DNA from: Alloascoidea hylecoeti
Lineage: Eukaryota
Reading direction: 5' to 3'
DNA length: 64,000 nucleotides
NCBI GenBank assembly: GCA_001600815.1
Contig: BCKZ01000003.1
Coordinates: forward strand, 1,523,912-1,587,911
Positions 49,353 through 62,099 of this stretch are shown here, piece by piece. A program made the translations under genes and the position numbers. A model generated the notes under the pieces. That model saw nothing but the letters and a program-made list of their open reading frames with translations. It was not told the origin of the DNA and did no database searches. The stretch's first letter is position 1. Each line of letters starts with the position of its first letter.

Positions 49353-51879
49353 ACTAACTATGAAATGATAAATAAAGTTGTAATATTGAACTTTGTTTGA
49401 ACTTTAATTTGAAGAAAAAGAAAACTGGTATTTATATCATTTATTGGGATCTGACTCACTTGTCATCACACAACATGTTGTCAACGTTTAGAAGAATTAA
49501 ATGTGCCATACTCTTAATAATTGGATACCAAATACGAAAATTAGCTTTGGTTTAACATTAGGCTTGTTTATTAATTAATTATTGGTTATTATAATGCATC
49601 AGTAATCTTCAAGGATAATGATTATTATCACGCTATGAAATCTCGTTCAGTAGCTACTCAAAGTGGCTGGTGGTTTTATGATTAGCTAAATTTTAGCACA
49701 ATTAAGCGTATGGTGATATATTTTTGGTAAAGGCGGTAATTATTTGGTAACTCTAGACTTGATTTTAAAATTGTCATCAAGTGGTAAATTAATTTTGTCT
49801 AGCTAAGGAAAAATTGGCTTACATACATGTATAAAAATGATTAATTAACTGTTATTATAATTTGGAGTTCCATCATACATTGCTTATAAATTTACTAACT
49901 GATTAACCTATAAGATTATAAACTTAAGGTTGGATTATGTCGATATCTAGATATAGTCTCCACTCGGACTCGCTCCAACTCCAGAAGTTTTATTGGATAT
50001 TTATGATCATGATGTCAATAATGTTGTGAGTGAGTACTAGTGCTCCTTTTATTAATAACTAACTATTATTTGATTGTTATTGAATTTTGGAGCGGTTATT
50101 TTAACATTTCAAACGGCTAGCGCTAGTATAGGTATCTATATAGTATTTATAAATCGAAATCGTACACATGTAATTACCATGTTCAAATCCTTTTAAATTG
50201 GTGTTTTCTTTATAATTAACCTGTTCAGTTCATTATATCATATGCTACCATATAAGATGATCTGAATTTAATCGTGTCGAGTATATTCAGATCTGGATGT
50301 CGATATATTAATGGTGCTATATCCATTTCAAACTTGGCTATAACCCCAAAATTCCGTATACCGGTATACATATCTTATAATTAATATTATAAATTTGATA
50401 TCGACATAATATTACTATGTGGGGTGCATTTAGGTTACATGACACTGTCAGCCGTTGCAAATAAGTACTGTATAAATTAATGCGAACGCTTAAGATTATA
50501 TAAAATTTTACGCGGATAAATTTCCATTTTTATCTTTCCATAAAATCTACATCAATGGCTACCAACTTACCATATAACTTATAACATCTACCAATTTCAG
50601 TTATATATAGAATTGTCATCCAATTAACTGCTTGTAATATCTATTATCTACATTTATTAAGCTGCTCATATTTAACTTGGTTGAAAGTATGGAAGTTGCT
50701 CAATGCTCATGATATGTTTCCACTGGCACATAAATTAATTAGAGACAAGCCAGCAAGGATTTCTATTACTAAATTTAAAGGATGTTCATATCTCAAATCC
50801 AGTAATTACGACAATTGGAATCATATTTTTTTAAACATTTAAATTTCGATCTTCCCCATAATTAAATCCTTTAAATCCGTTACTTGGAAAAATATTGTTT
50901 CATGCGTAGATGATTGATCGATCTATACTTGTTGTCGATTAATATTGATTGTATAGTTATGACATAGCTGAAGGTGAATTTTTATACATCTACAACAATC
51001 ATGCAAATTACAACTGAAATAAATATAAAAAGCTTAAGCTTAAGCCAAGCCTTATTCAGTTATTTATTGACAGTGCTTGTTGCCGTGTCACAACAACCCC
51101 CAAGAAGTCTTGTTTGAACAAATTCTTTAAATATGCAGTAAATTATGTTTCATATTTTACTTATAAAGCCAAAATTTCTTGGCAGAATGGCATATTTATA
51201 TTGCTTCTTAATCGACGTCCTAATCAATATGTGAATATATGTATAAATCACCTTACATCTAACCAACCGCAAAAAATAGTATGTTTATATAAACATGATT
51301 ATATAAATTAAAAGCTATTTATTAATTGACATAAATGTTAATCACCATGATCAAATTGTATTTTGATAGATCGCGATTGGTTTAAATATTATTATATATA
51401 ACTTATATTTTACAATTCCAACAACTGACTAGATATATGACTTTAACTTTATGTTCAAATTCTATGTTATAGCATGTAGGTTAATTATATATTGCTTAAT
51501 TTATTTATCAATTTTCACAACGTTAATGCAATTGATCAAAAATTGAATAGTGAAGTCGAGTTCGAATTCGACAAAGTTTAAGCTTTGATGCAAAATAAAT
51601 TGTTACCTGATTGTATCATATACAGACAAAGATCTTTTCCAAGTACACAATATAATTCACCGCATAGTTGGTTTATTAAATTTACCGCGCTATAGATAAT
51701 TACATCTAGTGAGTACTAAGTAGGAAGTAGTATGTCACATACTAATTTCAAATTAAATGTGGATCTAGAGATTTGTTACAATAAAATTTAAAGAAAGATA
51801 TAGGCCCTATTACCTATAACTAGGCATTGTGAAAGATGCAGAGCATGTCTGACAGTAAATGGTTGCAACGAGTTATGAT

Positions 51880-53300
51880 TACTAACATTATTGTTTTATC
51901 ATTCATATATTTAAATATCGGTTTTTAATGGGTTGTTATACGTAAAATCGTGTAATCTTTGAGTATTTATTCTTTATTTATTGCGTGTTGTATCTTGGTA
52001 TCTATTACATAGTCTACAGAAGATTTTGCTTCATCTAATATTAGAATTTTCACACTCTTTTTAAAGGCTTTCTAAAGACAATAATTGTGTTTCGCTAAGA
52101 CTAAAAATATCATGATCACCATATTCTATAGGTTAATCGAGATGTTTATGAGGTTTTGAAGAATCTTCGTTACTTTTATTTTCCGTAACAAGTTTCGGTT
52201 AAATGGTTTCGATCGCATCATCTGTGAGCTGGTTAAATGGATCAAAATTATTTCTCATAATATTTCGAAATAAATCAGCATATTAAGGAACAACAATCAA
52301 TTTGTTGTCAAGTTCATAGATCCCAGTTTGAGTTGTGGCACATGCAACACAAGCAATGTTAGAAAATGTCAGATTGATGAGAGAAACAGGAAGAGGATAA
52401 TGAAGCCTCTACAAGGCCGGAAGAATCATATTAATATTCCTTAACTAATTTATGCGCTTTTTTGGAGGGGAAGATTTGCCTGTCTCCGTCCTGCCATACC
52501 ATATAAGCTTATACGATTTTTTTCCTTGAAGTTTGACTCTGGCGGAAAGATTATTCAACACATAGGGTAAACTTGGTATATAGTTGAGATACACTTGGAT
52601 ACCCAATAAAATTTATTGATAGTTGCTCAGTCTTTCAACAGAGAGGGAATAATTTTGCCCCATAATACAAATTAACAAACTAATTGAACTTGCAATTCCT
52701 AAAATAAAATAATTAACCGCCCGGTTGATGATACGTCCATGTTGAATGCCTCACGAATACAAAATATTGTAATTACAACAAACGGCTAATACCTGAAACA
52801 AATGAAGCTTAAGTTCAATTTATCTTCAATTTAATGGTATTGCTGAACTCATCTCATAGTATTTCTTAGAAACCTACCTCCATATAGATACCTAATAATA
52901 ACTCATCAGGCGAAGCGTATCATTAGAACTGATCAATAAGACACTATTTGGAAGTTTTAAATTATTAATTTATTAACCTGAAAGTCTTTGCAATTTCTTG
53001 ATTAAGATATTTATCAATTCTTTTGTTATAATTTGTCACTCATTCTAACAATGGATTAAGCATTAAATAAAAACATGGATGTCTTCTTGAAAAACCAAAC
53101 CAAATTACATAGTGGAAATGTTGTGATTCTACGGTTATTGTTGTGAACTTTAATTTTATATAAACATACCAATGAAAATGAAAATACAATCAATATCAGG
53201 AATGTCTGAAGGAATGAAAACACAATAATCAATAAACTTAACAACAAATATAGAAGTTTGTCAGATGTCTACAATCACCACTCTATCTATTCATAAATGT
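51880..53300 (-). pseudogene. YOR1-like ABCC transporter pseudogene (TMD2-NBD2 remnant)
   Basis: Collinear remnants: SVERLSNY; YIPSLPYVLNNLS; GRTETGKSS (Walker A, ~52470..52495); KLIVVP*..LF..MRNNFDPF..TDD; FSLSETQLLSL; KILILDEAKSSVDY..DTKIQ (Walker B, ~52020..52050); KDYTIL. Many stops, frameshifts and deletions; 5' boundary approximate. Confidence 0.88.
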
Positions 53301-53443
53301 GCTCCCGGAAGTTGTGTAGGATTTAACTCGGGTTTGAGTCATGTTAAGCAATGGATTTTTTTTAATTATACGGTATTAACTTTTCTAATAGATAAATTTA
53401 TATTTCCACTACCATAATTGAGCTAGATATAATTATGATCCAA

Positions 53444-54763
53444 TTAAGACTGTTCAGCTCTATAGGCGTCATATCTGAGAACCGATTCCAACATGACTTG
53501 AATACCAATTCCAACATCATCAGGAGCTGTATATTCACAAAAGTTATGTGAAATACCATCTTTACATGGGACGAAAAATAAGGAACTTGGTACTACTTTG
53601 CTTGTATTACAAGAGTCATGACCAACACCACTAACATAATCTATAACCATATCCTCACCCAGAACAGCAATCGCGGCCTCTTTTGTTGAAGCAATGCAAT
53701 CTTTATTAAACTTGACTGTATGACATGTTTGAACATGTTCATACCTTATTCCTAAGGGTTTTGCATTTTCTGTGCCATTACCGGCTTCTGCAATCCTTTC
53801 AAATTCTGATTTCATAACTTTTAACATTTTATCTAATGTTTCATCAACGTGATGCCTGGCATCTAAGAAAAAACAAACATCACCAGGTATAACATTTGCC
53901 ACACCAGGGTCTAAATCTAGTATACCAACACTACACAAACCTTTAAATTCAGTTGCGATTTCGTTTGCTCTTGTAATCATTTTACAAGATGTTAGTAAAG
54001 CATCACTTCTATTTCTGAAAGGTGTTGAGCCTGTATGTTGGGCTCTACCAGAAACATGAATTCTCCACCATGAATAAGCTTGAACACCATGAACAACAGC
54101 AACTTTTTTACCCCGTTCCTCTAAAATTGGACCTTGTTCAATATGAATTTCAAAATGGGCAGCAATTGGATTTAATTTATGTGAAGCAGGAACACTACCT
54201 AAATAACCAATTCTTTCCAATTCATCTTTAACAGTAATAACTTTATCACCATCGGTAATTGATTTACAATTATAAGCATCTTCTAATTTTGTCTGTCCAG
54301 CCCAAACACCTGAAGACATGATTGTTAATGGAAATCTAGCTCCTTCTTCATTTGTCCAATTAATAACAGCAATAGGATAATTAGGTATCAATTTATTATC
54401 ATGAATTGTTCTTAAAACTTCCAGACCGCCTAAAACACCTAATATACCATCATATCTACCACCAGTTGGTTGAGTATCTAGATGAGAACCAATTGCAGTC
54501 GGTGGAACAGAATTATCTTTACCTGGATAAATGGCAAAAATATTACCAATTTCATCAATTTTTACTTCACATCCTAAATCAGTGACTTGTTTGATAAACC
54601 AATCTCTAACAAGTTTATCATCATCTGATAAAGCTAACCGACAAACCCCAGTTTCTGTTGATTCTGTACCCCAACGACCTTTTGCACCAAATGCACCTGA
54701 TGTTTCGTGAATTGTTTCAACAAGACGGTCTTGATTAATTTTAAGATGTGTAAATGATGGCAT
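53444..54763 (-). CDS. PYD3: Beta-alanine synthase / beta-ureidopropionase (M20 amidohydrolase)
   Basis: GSHLDTQPTGGRYDGILGV, NWTNEEGARF, HFEIHIEQGP, GVQAYSW, HTGSTP, GHDS, GISHN..EY as in the yeast di-zinc enzyme. Confidence 0.9.
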   Translation of the reverse strand: MPSFTHLKINQDRLVETIHETSGAFGAKGRWGTESTETGVCRLALSDDDKLVRDWFIKQVTDLGCEVKIDEIGNIFAIYPGKDNSVPPTAIGSHLDTQPTGGRYDGILGVLGGLEVLRTIHDNKLIPNYPIAVINWTNEEGARFPLTIMSSGVWAGQTKLEDAYNCKSITDGDKVITVKDELERIGYLGSVPASHKLNPIAAHFEIHIEQGPILEERGKKVAVVHGVQAYSWWRIHVSGRAQHTGSTPFRNRSDALLTSCKMITRANEIATEFKGLCSVGILDLDPGVANVIPGDVCFFLDARHHVDETLDKMLKVMKSEFERIAEAGNGTENAKPLGIRYEHVQTCHTVKFNKDCIASTKEAAIAVLGEDMVIDYVSGVGHDSCNTSKVVPSSLFFVPCKDGISHNFCEYTAPDDVGIGIQVMLESVLRYDAYRAEQS

Positions 54764-54899
54764 TCGATATAATTATTTAGCAATTAACAGTAGTTAGATA
54801 TTTAAATAAAAGAACCAGGGAAAGATCTAGTTGAAGGTGGAGATATATTAATATAATATACTACGTTATATATTAATTGTGGGGATTATAGATTTTTGA

Positions 54900-54936
54900 C
54901 GGATACTCCGCGACCGTTATCTTATCGGAGCATCCG
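54900..54936. promoter_or_regulatory. Palindromic module: two CGG-N5-CCG arms flanking tandem GATA sites, upstream of PYD3
   Basis: CGGATACTCCG-cgaccgTTATCTTAT-CGGAGCATCCG; 11-bp arms with one mismatch, 137-173 bp upstream of the ATG. Confidence 0.55.
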
Positions 54937-55564
54937 AAACCAACTTAGTCAACACAAACAGCTGCATAGCTGAGAATCCCAATCCCAATCCCAAGCGATC
55001 AACTAACCATGGAATTAAATACTACAAAAGAATACTAGTTTAATGGTAATTGATTTGTATTGTTAATAATAACTACTGTATTATTATAACCGCTTTCATT
55101 TTCTTTATATTAGGTTACAGTTACACCAATGTTACTGTAATATTATAGATATGATAGTCTGAAGCAGTTACATCAATGTTGGTAAGTAAATTGAATTCTA
55201 AATTTTACAACTGGACAGAAAATGATGTTACATTGAGGCTCATTATTACTATGAAGAAGAACACTATCGACCCCAAAACACAATTGCAACTACCTTTGTG
55301 GAAGTTTGTGGGATCTGCAATTAATGTACGATAATCATGAAAAATATGGAATTTGTTTTTGTCGGTAATATCATAGATCTAGCTGCTAGAAATATTTATA
55401 ATCTGTGTTACCAAAGTAATTTAAAGTATTGATTTACTGTGAAAAGGAGATTGAAATATGTTGAGTGTCTCCAATTTTTGTGTTGAAAATTAATTTTTCG
55501 TATGCTGATGAAACCTTATTAAAATCTACGGAAACATTTGGTGGACAGAAACACATTTTACTCT

Positions 55565-55665
55565 TACTGGCCGAACATTAGTGGATAAGTGGGCGAATAT
55601 ATTGTCCAAGTTATATTCTTGCTCATCAAGTGGCCGATATTTATGGCCGAACATTAGTATTATCA
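55565..55665 (+). repeat. Degenerate copy of the MITE terminal-repeat family
   Basis: TGGCCGAACATTAGTGGATAAGTGGGCGAATATAT...CTCATCAAGTGGCCGATATTTA resembles the right TIR TGGTCGAATAATTATGCGTGATATGGGCGAATATAT...CTCAATAAATGGCTGATATTTA. Confidence 0.65.
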
Positions 55666-55867
55666 TGTGGGGTTATTCTTATTACATTATCTTCTCCATT
55701 TTAAATATTTAACCCGTTTTTATTAACTAAATGTTATAAGCAGATAAAACAAGAGCTTGTTGATAATTATGTTTTCATTTCTGATAAAGCTCAAGGCCCA
55801 GGAACATTAAATAACATTACATAGAGGTTTATAGTAAGTTATGTAATAAAAGCTACGGTTTTTCCTA

Positions 55868-55920
55868 TGACTGTGATCATTATGATGATTTTTTGACTGT
55901 GATCATTATGATGATTTTTT
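55868..55920. repeat. Perfect 26-bp tandem duplication
   Basis: TGACTGTGATCATTATGATGATTTTT twice. Confidence 0.9.
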
Positions 55921-58900
55921 TAGCTATCATATATATCCCCTTAAGCTTTGGTCGTATTGCAATTGAATAATAATATTATTTAGTGTTTACTTCATTCTAT
56001 CAGGTGGCCGACCAGTTTTGGTAGGGTAAAAAAGTTTCGGTTTATAATATTGATTAATGTTGCTTTTTCAGGCACACGTTTGCTGAAATGTCGGGTAATT
56101 ACCAAGTCATTTGAAAATCTAGTCAAAACATATTGTTGAATTTGCACTGTATTGCTATGTTGGATGTTGAAATATTAGCTGCAGATAGAGATCTGTGAGC
56201 TTGAGGACATATTCTTTAACAATAGTAACGTAACATGACCCGATTTTGCGACGAAAATGTGTAACAGAAGCAAATAATTATCTTAAAGGAAGTGTCTACA
56301 ATTTAAAGCTATTTTTAATTAATGTAAAATATATTATTGGTTATCGCACTATTAAAACTTACTTTAAACAAATATGTAGGGTGAGTTTGCGCACACATCT
56401 GCACATTATTTATTATTTTTATAGATTTTAGAAATCTTTGACATAGTCCAGTAGGTGGAATACATCGTGAAGAAGCCATAAGGCCTTATGCTTGCTCTTC
56501 ACATAATTCACCATTTTCGCCACTTAAAGTTAAAAATAAGAACTATATATAGTAAAATTCTGGAAACCTTCTCACATCTGAGTAACTCAAGAGTATAGCC
56601 CATCCAAGATTTCCTGTAGATTCTGTCAAATGCCTGTAGAGTGCCTTGCATGGCTCTACCGCATCTATGAAGTAGCGCCGACGGCAACCCAAATATGTAT
56701 ACAGCAGATGAGCCATCTTCTCATCAGACACCAATAATTATTCCACAAATTTACCCAATTATCTCATATTTTGTTTGACAGCCTCTTTATTGAGTCCTTC
56801 TTATGCAATTGGTGTATTTTCATCCGGTTTGGATGTGTTTTTGTTTCGTGGTTGTATATCCATTCGATTATAATTAAACTCCGGAAGAATAAACAACGTT
56901 GCAAATAATAAATAGCAATATCCCTTCGTTACACATTATATTAGACAAAAATAACTTAGGGAAGGTTTTAAGAAGCCTAATTGGAATCTTAATAGACGAT
57001 CAATCGTGCGATGAAATCTATATATATATGTTCAGACCCAATACCAATCATAAATACTGGACGTCAACCGACGTTTACTTCACTAGTACTGAGTCTGGAA
57101 CCGGGGATTGCAAATCTGGACACCTTAAGATATTGGGAAACTCTACCCGAAAAATGACAACAAAACCGGTGGTAGAAAATCACATTAAGAGTAGAGGAGG
57201 ACCTGTTAGAAGTAGCGTGCACATTATGAGAATTCCAATCAAGATAATTCCTTTTGCGCCCATTCTCCCACCATGAAATCAAGTTTTCAACTATCATTAA
57301 CACTACAGAGCTGTTATAAACAACAGAAAGAAGACAGCCAAACTGATATTCCGATGCATTTTAGGGCATGTTTACATTTATGATCAAATAATTTAATTAA
57401 TTAAACTTCGGAGATTACTTTGTTATAAAAATGTGAGATTCCTTATGAAACTCGAGCAGCAAGTGGCTTTTGAAACTACACCTTCCTAACCCTACCTAAT
57501 CCACACAATTGCAAAATAGTGATTACTAACAGTACCTAGTTTATTTCAAGATGAGACATAGAAATGTAATCCAAATTTAACAATTTGATTAGACTGTATT
57601 TCATAAGTATCCAACATTCAGAAAACGCATGACCAACAAGAGATGATAAATCAATATATCGTGAACCGAACATTTTAACCCTATCTAAACTGATCTGCCT
57701 CTTAACTGAACGAAGAGAAGACTGAATAATTCGATGATCCTATGTGACCAAAGAGGACCAAGATGATAACATCATCATCATTAATCATAGCCACAGGCAG
57801 AACCATTGGTTGTGTTTCATAAACTTTATTTATTTACTATTTTATAATCTAATTTTATGAATTGTCCTTTGAAAAAAACAGAAACAGAAAAAAGTCAATT
57901 AACGAATAATGGTTTAAAGAGCATCTTGATTTATCAAACTTGGAGTAAGTGTAAATATCTAATTTCATAAAGTTTTCCTTTCATGTAATGACTCACCAAC
58001 ATGTGATCTTTGATCTAGAACCGCGAACCCAAACCATAATGATACAACTGTTAACCAAAGGCAGTTGGAACTGGATGTATGTTTAGCTATATTTATAAAT
58101 TTAAGCTGAGATTGCATCTGAGAACATAATTGGCTGCAATATTAATTTAGATTTATAACTTATATCTGCGTAATGGATCTGTCAAAATTACATAGTACTT
58201 TAGTTATACCGGTATAGCCAATGAATGTGAGTTGATATTGTTGTAATATATTACAACTGTTAAAAGTTATAATTAACATCTGCATTAAAAAAGATTAATA
58301 AAAAATTTTAAAATTCTATTAAACTTTGTAGTTATGGCCGATCCATATAACTATAATATAATTGATGATGTTGATCTAATAGATTAATCAGATTCATCAG
58401 ATCAGATCGATCAGATAAGTAGCAAGTGCCTGCATATAAAAATGTTATATGTGCATATACTTTTTGAAAAAAGACCTTCCAATTAGCTGAGTGATTCAAT
58501 AAGGTTCGATTTATATTTTATAAAGTTATGAATATTTATTTTCAAAGTTCATCCTCATTTCAAATTCTTGGACCTGATCCGTTTCCCATATAGGTATATT
58601 AAAAAAATCTTATTGGATATGGATAGTATTTTTGATCGTCCATAATTAATTGCATCTAAAAAATGATTTTGCTTGACAAAATCAGTATATAATATACTTT
58701 CTATTTGATAACTATACAAGCTTATTGGTTTCAATCTTAATTTCTTTGAATTTCGGTTAAAAACTTTCCAGAAAGCTTAATTATATAATGTCATTAGGCT
58801 TACAATTACAATTCCCGCTAGCTTTTCAAAATTAGTATAGACTCTATAGAACAGATCTAGACAATACTACAACAGATCATATAATAAGAATATATAATCT

Positions 58901-59227
58901 TAATAAACTTAGGTGCCGTACGCACAAGCTTTTTTACTGTAAAGTTTGGGAGTGAGTGCCTGCCTAAGTTGACATATCCATTGAGTCAAGTATTTTATAA
59001 TTATAATCATAATATAATAAATATTTGCAATAAACTTAGGGTTCCAATATTATGTATTTAGACTTTGTTCATATGGGGTGAATTTTGATTAATTTAATTC
59101 TATATAAATTGGCCCTTTTTTTCAATATTTCCATGAAATTTTCTCATAACCACTCTAACAACAATATATATATAATAATATATTTTACAACAATATATCT
59201 ATTTCCTTTTTGAAATAATACCCATTG

Positions 59228-61363
59228 ATGTTGGCTTTGAAGATTTTCCCCCTTATAATCCTTTCAAACTTGATTTTTGGAACTGCGGCTGTAGTTCATG
59301 GAAAATTAGATTATGTTTTCCAATCTTGTTCGGGAATTGCATACCTAGTTAATTTCAACTGTCTTTCTAGTAAGACTTATTGGGAGTGTCAATGCGGAGC
59401 TCTTCCACAATTACAATCGATTGTTATTTGTGTTAATGAAAAGATGGATCATGATATTAGTAAGGTACACAATGCTTATAAATTGGGAATTAAATATTGC
59501 AAAGATTATGGACATATTGAATTGACAAAAGAATTCCTGGATGAACAATACATTAATGGTAGTAAATATGTCATTGACTCCACTGAAAAAGGATTTAATG
59601 CTACCCTACCACATTTTACACCTGTTAGATTTGACCCCAAAGTTTTAGGAGTAGAATTTAGAACATATAAAGCATTTTATAGGCAAATCAATCTTGGTGA
59701 ATACTATGGTGGTGCTATGATGGGATACTGGTTACTGGTTATTGTCATAGGATCTATTGCAAACTTTTTTTCTATTTTGGGACCTAAACTATTATTTCGT
59801 TTGACAGGCAAGCCAATTAATATATTTAGAAAATACATCACACTACCTCCTACTAGTCGTTCAAGACATGTGAATCCACTGGGATATCTCATGTTGGTGC
59901 CTTTAAGAAGGGATACTATCATTCTGTTGGGTTATTTGATATTGAATTTAGTTTTAACCGTAATTGACTATGATTTATTTCTTCCAAATTCCTTTTATTC
60001 AAAAAAATCGGTACAACTTGCAAGATATGTAGCTGATAGAAGTGGAATAATAGCTTTTGTCCATTTCCCAGCCTTATTCTTATTTGCAGGAAGAAATAAC
60101 ATGTTTCTTTGGCTTACGGGATGGAAATATGAAACGTTTATTATTTATCATAAGTGGATTGCTAGAGGTATGACAATTCATGCATTTATTCACGCTGTTG
60201 GTTATACTTCATTTTTATTGCAACAGCATTACTATAAAAGCGACGTTAAAGAGACATATGTTAGGTGGGGTATTGTGGCTATCACTCTTTGTGGTTTGCT
60301 AATGTTTCAAGCATTATATTTCTTCAGGGCCAAATGTTATGAGGTTTTCCTTGCACTTCATATTATTTTTGCTGCCTTATTTATGGTCGGGTGTTGGTAT
60401 CATTGTATTACACTGGGATGGATGGAATACGTTTATGCTTCAATTGCAATTTGGGCTTTCGATAGGTTTGTTAGAATTGTAAGAATGCTTTGGTTTGGTG
60501 CTTTTAAGAACGCCACATATAAACTATATGACGATGATACTATCAAATTAACAATTGATAGACCAAAATTATGGAAACCATTTCCTGGTGCATATGTTTT
60601 TCTTTACGTTTTACATCCTCGTCATTTCTGGCAGTCACATCCATTTACGATTATTTCGTCTTCAGATACCAATAATAAACAGATTAGCATTGTTTTTAAG
60701 GCAAAGAATGGTCTTACTGAAACTATTAGAAATCAAATTTCAAAGCGACCTGATTTATGTGGTAAATTTCCTACACTCATTGAAGGGCCATATGGTATGA
60801 GAACAAATATTGATAAATATGATAGTGCTTTATTGATTGTTGGTGGTCATGGTATTCCTACTGGTCTTTGTAATGCTGAAGATCTCTCGCGACGACACCA
60901 AGGTAATCAAAGAATAGTTCTACTTTGGATTATTCCTTACATTCAACAAATGTTATGGGTTGAAGAAGAATTAGAAAGACTAAATAATGGAAGAGTTGAA
61001 ATTTATATATTTGTTACTCGTGGACTCACACCCAATAAGGGTTTCATAACAACAGAAGATTCAAATTCGTCATCTATAGAAGAAAAATCAACAGAAAAAG
61101 ATTTGAAGCTATCATCTGATGTATCAACTAAATCTCTTTCTTTCGAAGGTTTACAAACAAAATATCCATACATTAATATTATTCAAGGAAGACCTAATAT
61201 TGATGAGTTAGTTGTTAAGGAAATGAAAATATCTGCAGGAAGTTTGGGTGTTATTTCTTGTGGTCCTGGAATTTTATCAGATTCTTTGAGAAATACAATT
61301 GCTAATAATTTAGATAAATGTAATGGACGAGTGGATTATTTTGAAGAGACACAAGTATGGTAA
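59228..61363 (+). CDS. Ferric/cupric reductase transmembrane component (FRE family)
   Basis: Signal peptide, Cys-rich ectodomain, ADRSG, AGRNN, YHKWIAR..HAFIH and LHIIFA..YH heme His pairs, QSHPFT, EGPYG, GGHGIP, CGP, FEETQVW. ATG at 59228. Confidence 0.95.
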   Translation: MLALKIFPLIILSNLIFGTAAVVHGKLDYVFQSCSGIAYLVNFNCLSSKTYWECQCGALPQLQSIVICVNEKMDHDISKVHNAYKLGIKYCKDYGHIELTKEFLDEQYINGSKYVIDSTEKGFNATLPHFTPVRFDPKVLGVEFRTYKAFYRQINLGEYYGGAMMGYWLLVIVIGSIANFFSILGPKLLFRLTGKPINIFRKYITLPPTSRSRHVNPLGYLMLVPLRRDTIILLGYLILNLVLTVIDYDLFLPNSFYSKKSVQLARYVADRSGIIAFVHFPALFLFAGRNNMFLWLTGWKYETFIIYHKWIARGMTIHAFIHAVGYTSFLLQQHYYKSDVKETYVRWGIVAITLCGLLMFQALYFFRAKCYEVFLALHIIFAALFMVGCWYHCITLGWMEYVYASIAIWAFDRFVRIVRMLWFGAFKNATYKLYDDDTIKLTIDRPKLWKPFPGAYVFLYVLHPRHFWQSHPFTIISSSDTNNKQISIVFKAKNGLTETIRNQISKRPDLCGKFPTLIEGPYGMRTNIDKYDSALLIVGGHGIPTGLCNAEDLSRRHQGNQRIVLLWIIPYIQQMLWVEEELERLNNGRVEIYIFVTRGLTPNKGFITTEDSNSSSIEEKSTEKDLKLSSDVSTKSLSFEGLQTKYPYINIIQGRPNIDELVVKEMKISAGSLGVISCGPGILSDSLRNTIANNLDKCNGRVDYFEETQVW

Positions 61364-62099
61364 ATTGAAATATTATATTTTTTCTTGATAGATTAAAATG
61401 AAATTATTATATACTATTATAGCTATGATTATACGATATGTTTTTAGTGAATGTTTAAATATAAGTTTAGGGATATACTTATATCTTTTGATTATTTCCT
61501 GACCAAATTAAAATTTACATTTATCATGATCATAATTGTGGCTAATATTTCTGGTCATGAAAAATAACTTCATTTCACCATTGAAAAGAGGGAATGAATT
61601 TAAAACTTTATAAAAAACTATAACCGGTGTAAGGCCTTATTGTGTTTAGGAAATGCAATTGAAATATTGTTTTTAAATAAATGTAACCCAGGATCTAGTG
61701 TCTGATACAATTATTAACTTATATATGTATACCCCATAGCTGATAGTTCTCTTCAATATAATTAGGTATGGTAATCTTGTGGCCCATTCCCCCTGAGTTG
61801 TAAATATTTTGTCTTAGAATGATCATTGTTAATATTACACAAAATTGGAAAGAATCATTTATGATGCCGCGGGATTAAACTTACACTTTTTTCAGCCCCA
61901 CCATCTTTTTAAAATATGCATAGAATGACTTTTAGAATTCAGTAAAACGAGATTTCCGGTAATTTTAACTCTAAGAATAAGTTATAATCAACTAATAGGA
62001 TTGAAATATGTAATCTGAGTAAACATGTCTTATAATTTGATGAAATATGTAGAAGGCTTAGTATTAACCCTCAATTAATATTGTGTAGTTCATTGTAAA

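Noticed and set aside
56500..57300. 125-aa ORF and neighbours with faint retroelement-like words (LIDD, ILG, VENHIK..PV)
   Set aside because: Non-ATG start, no intact catalytic motif; cannot distinguish relic from chance.
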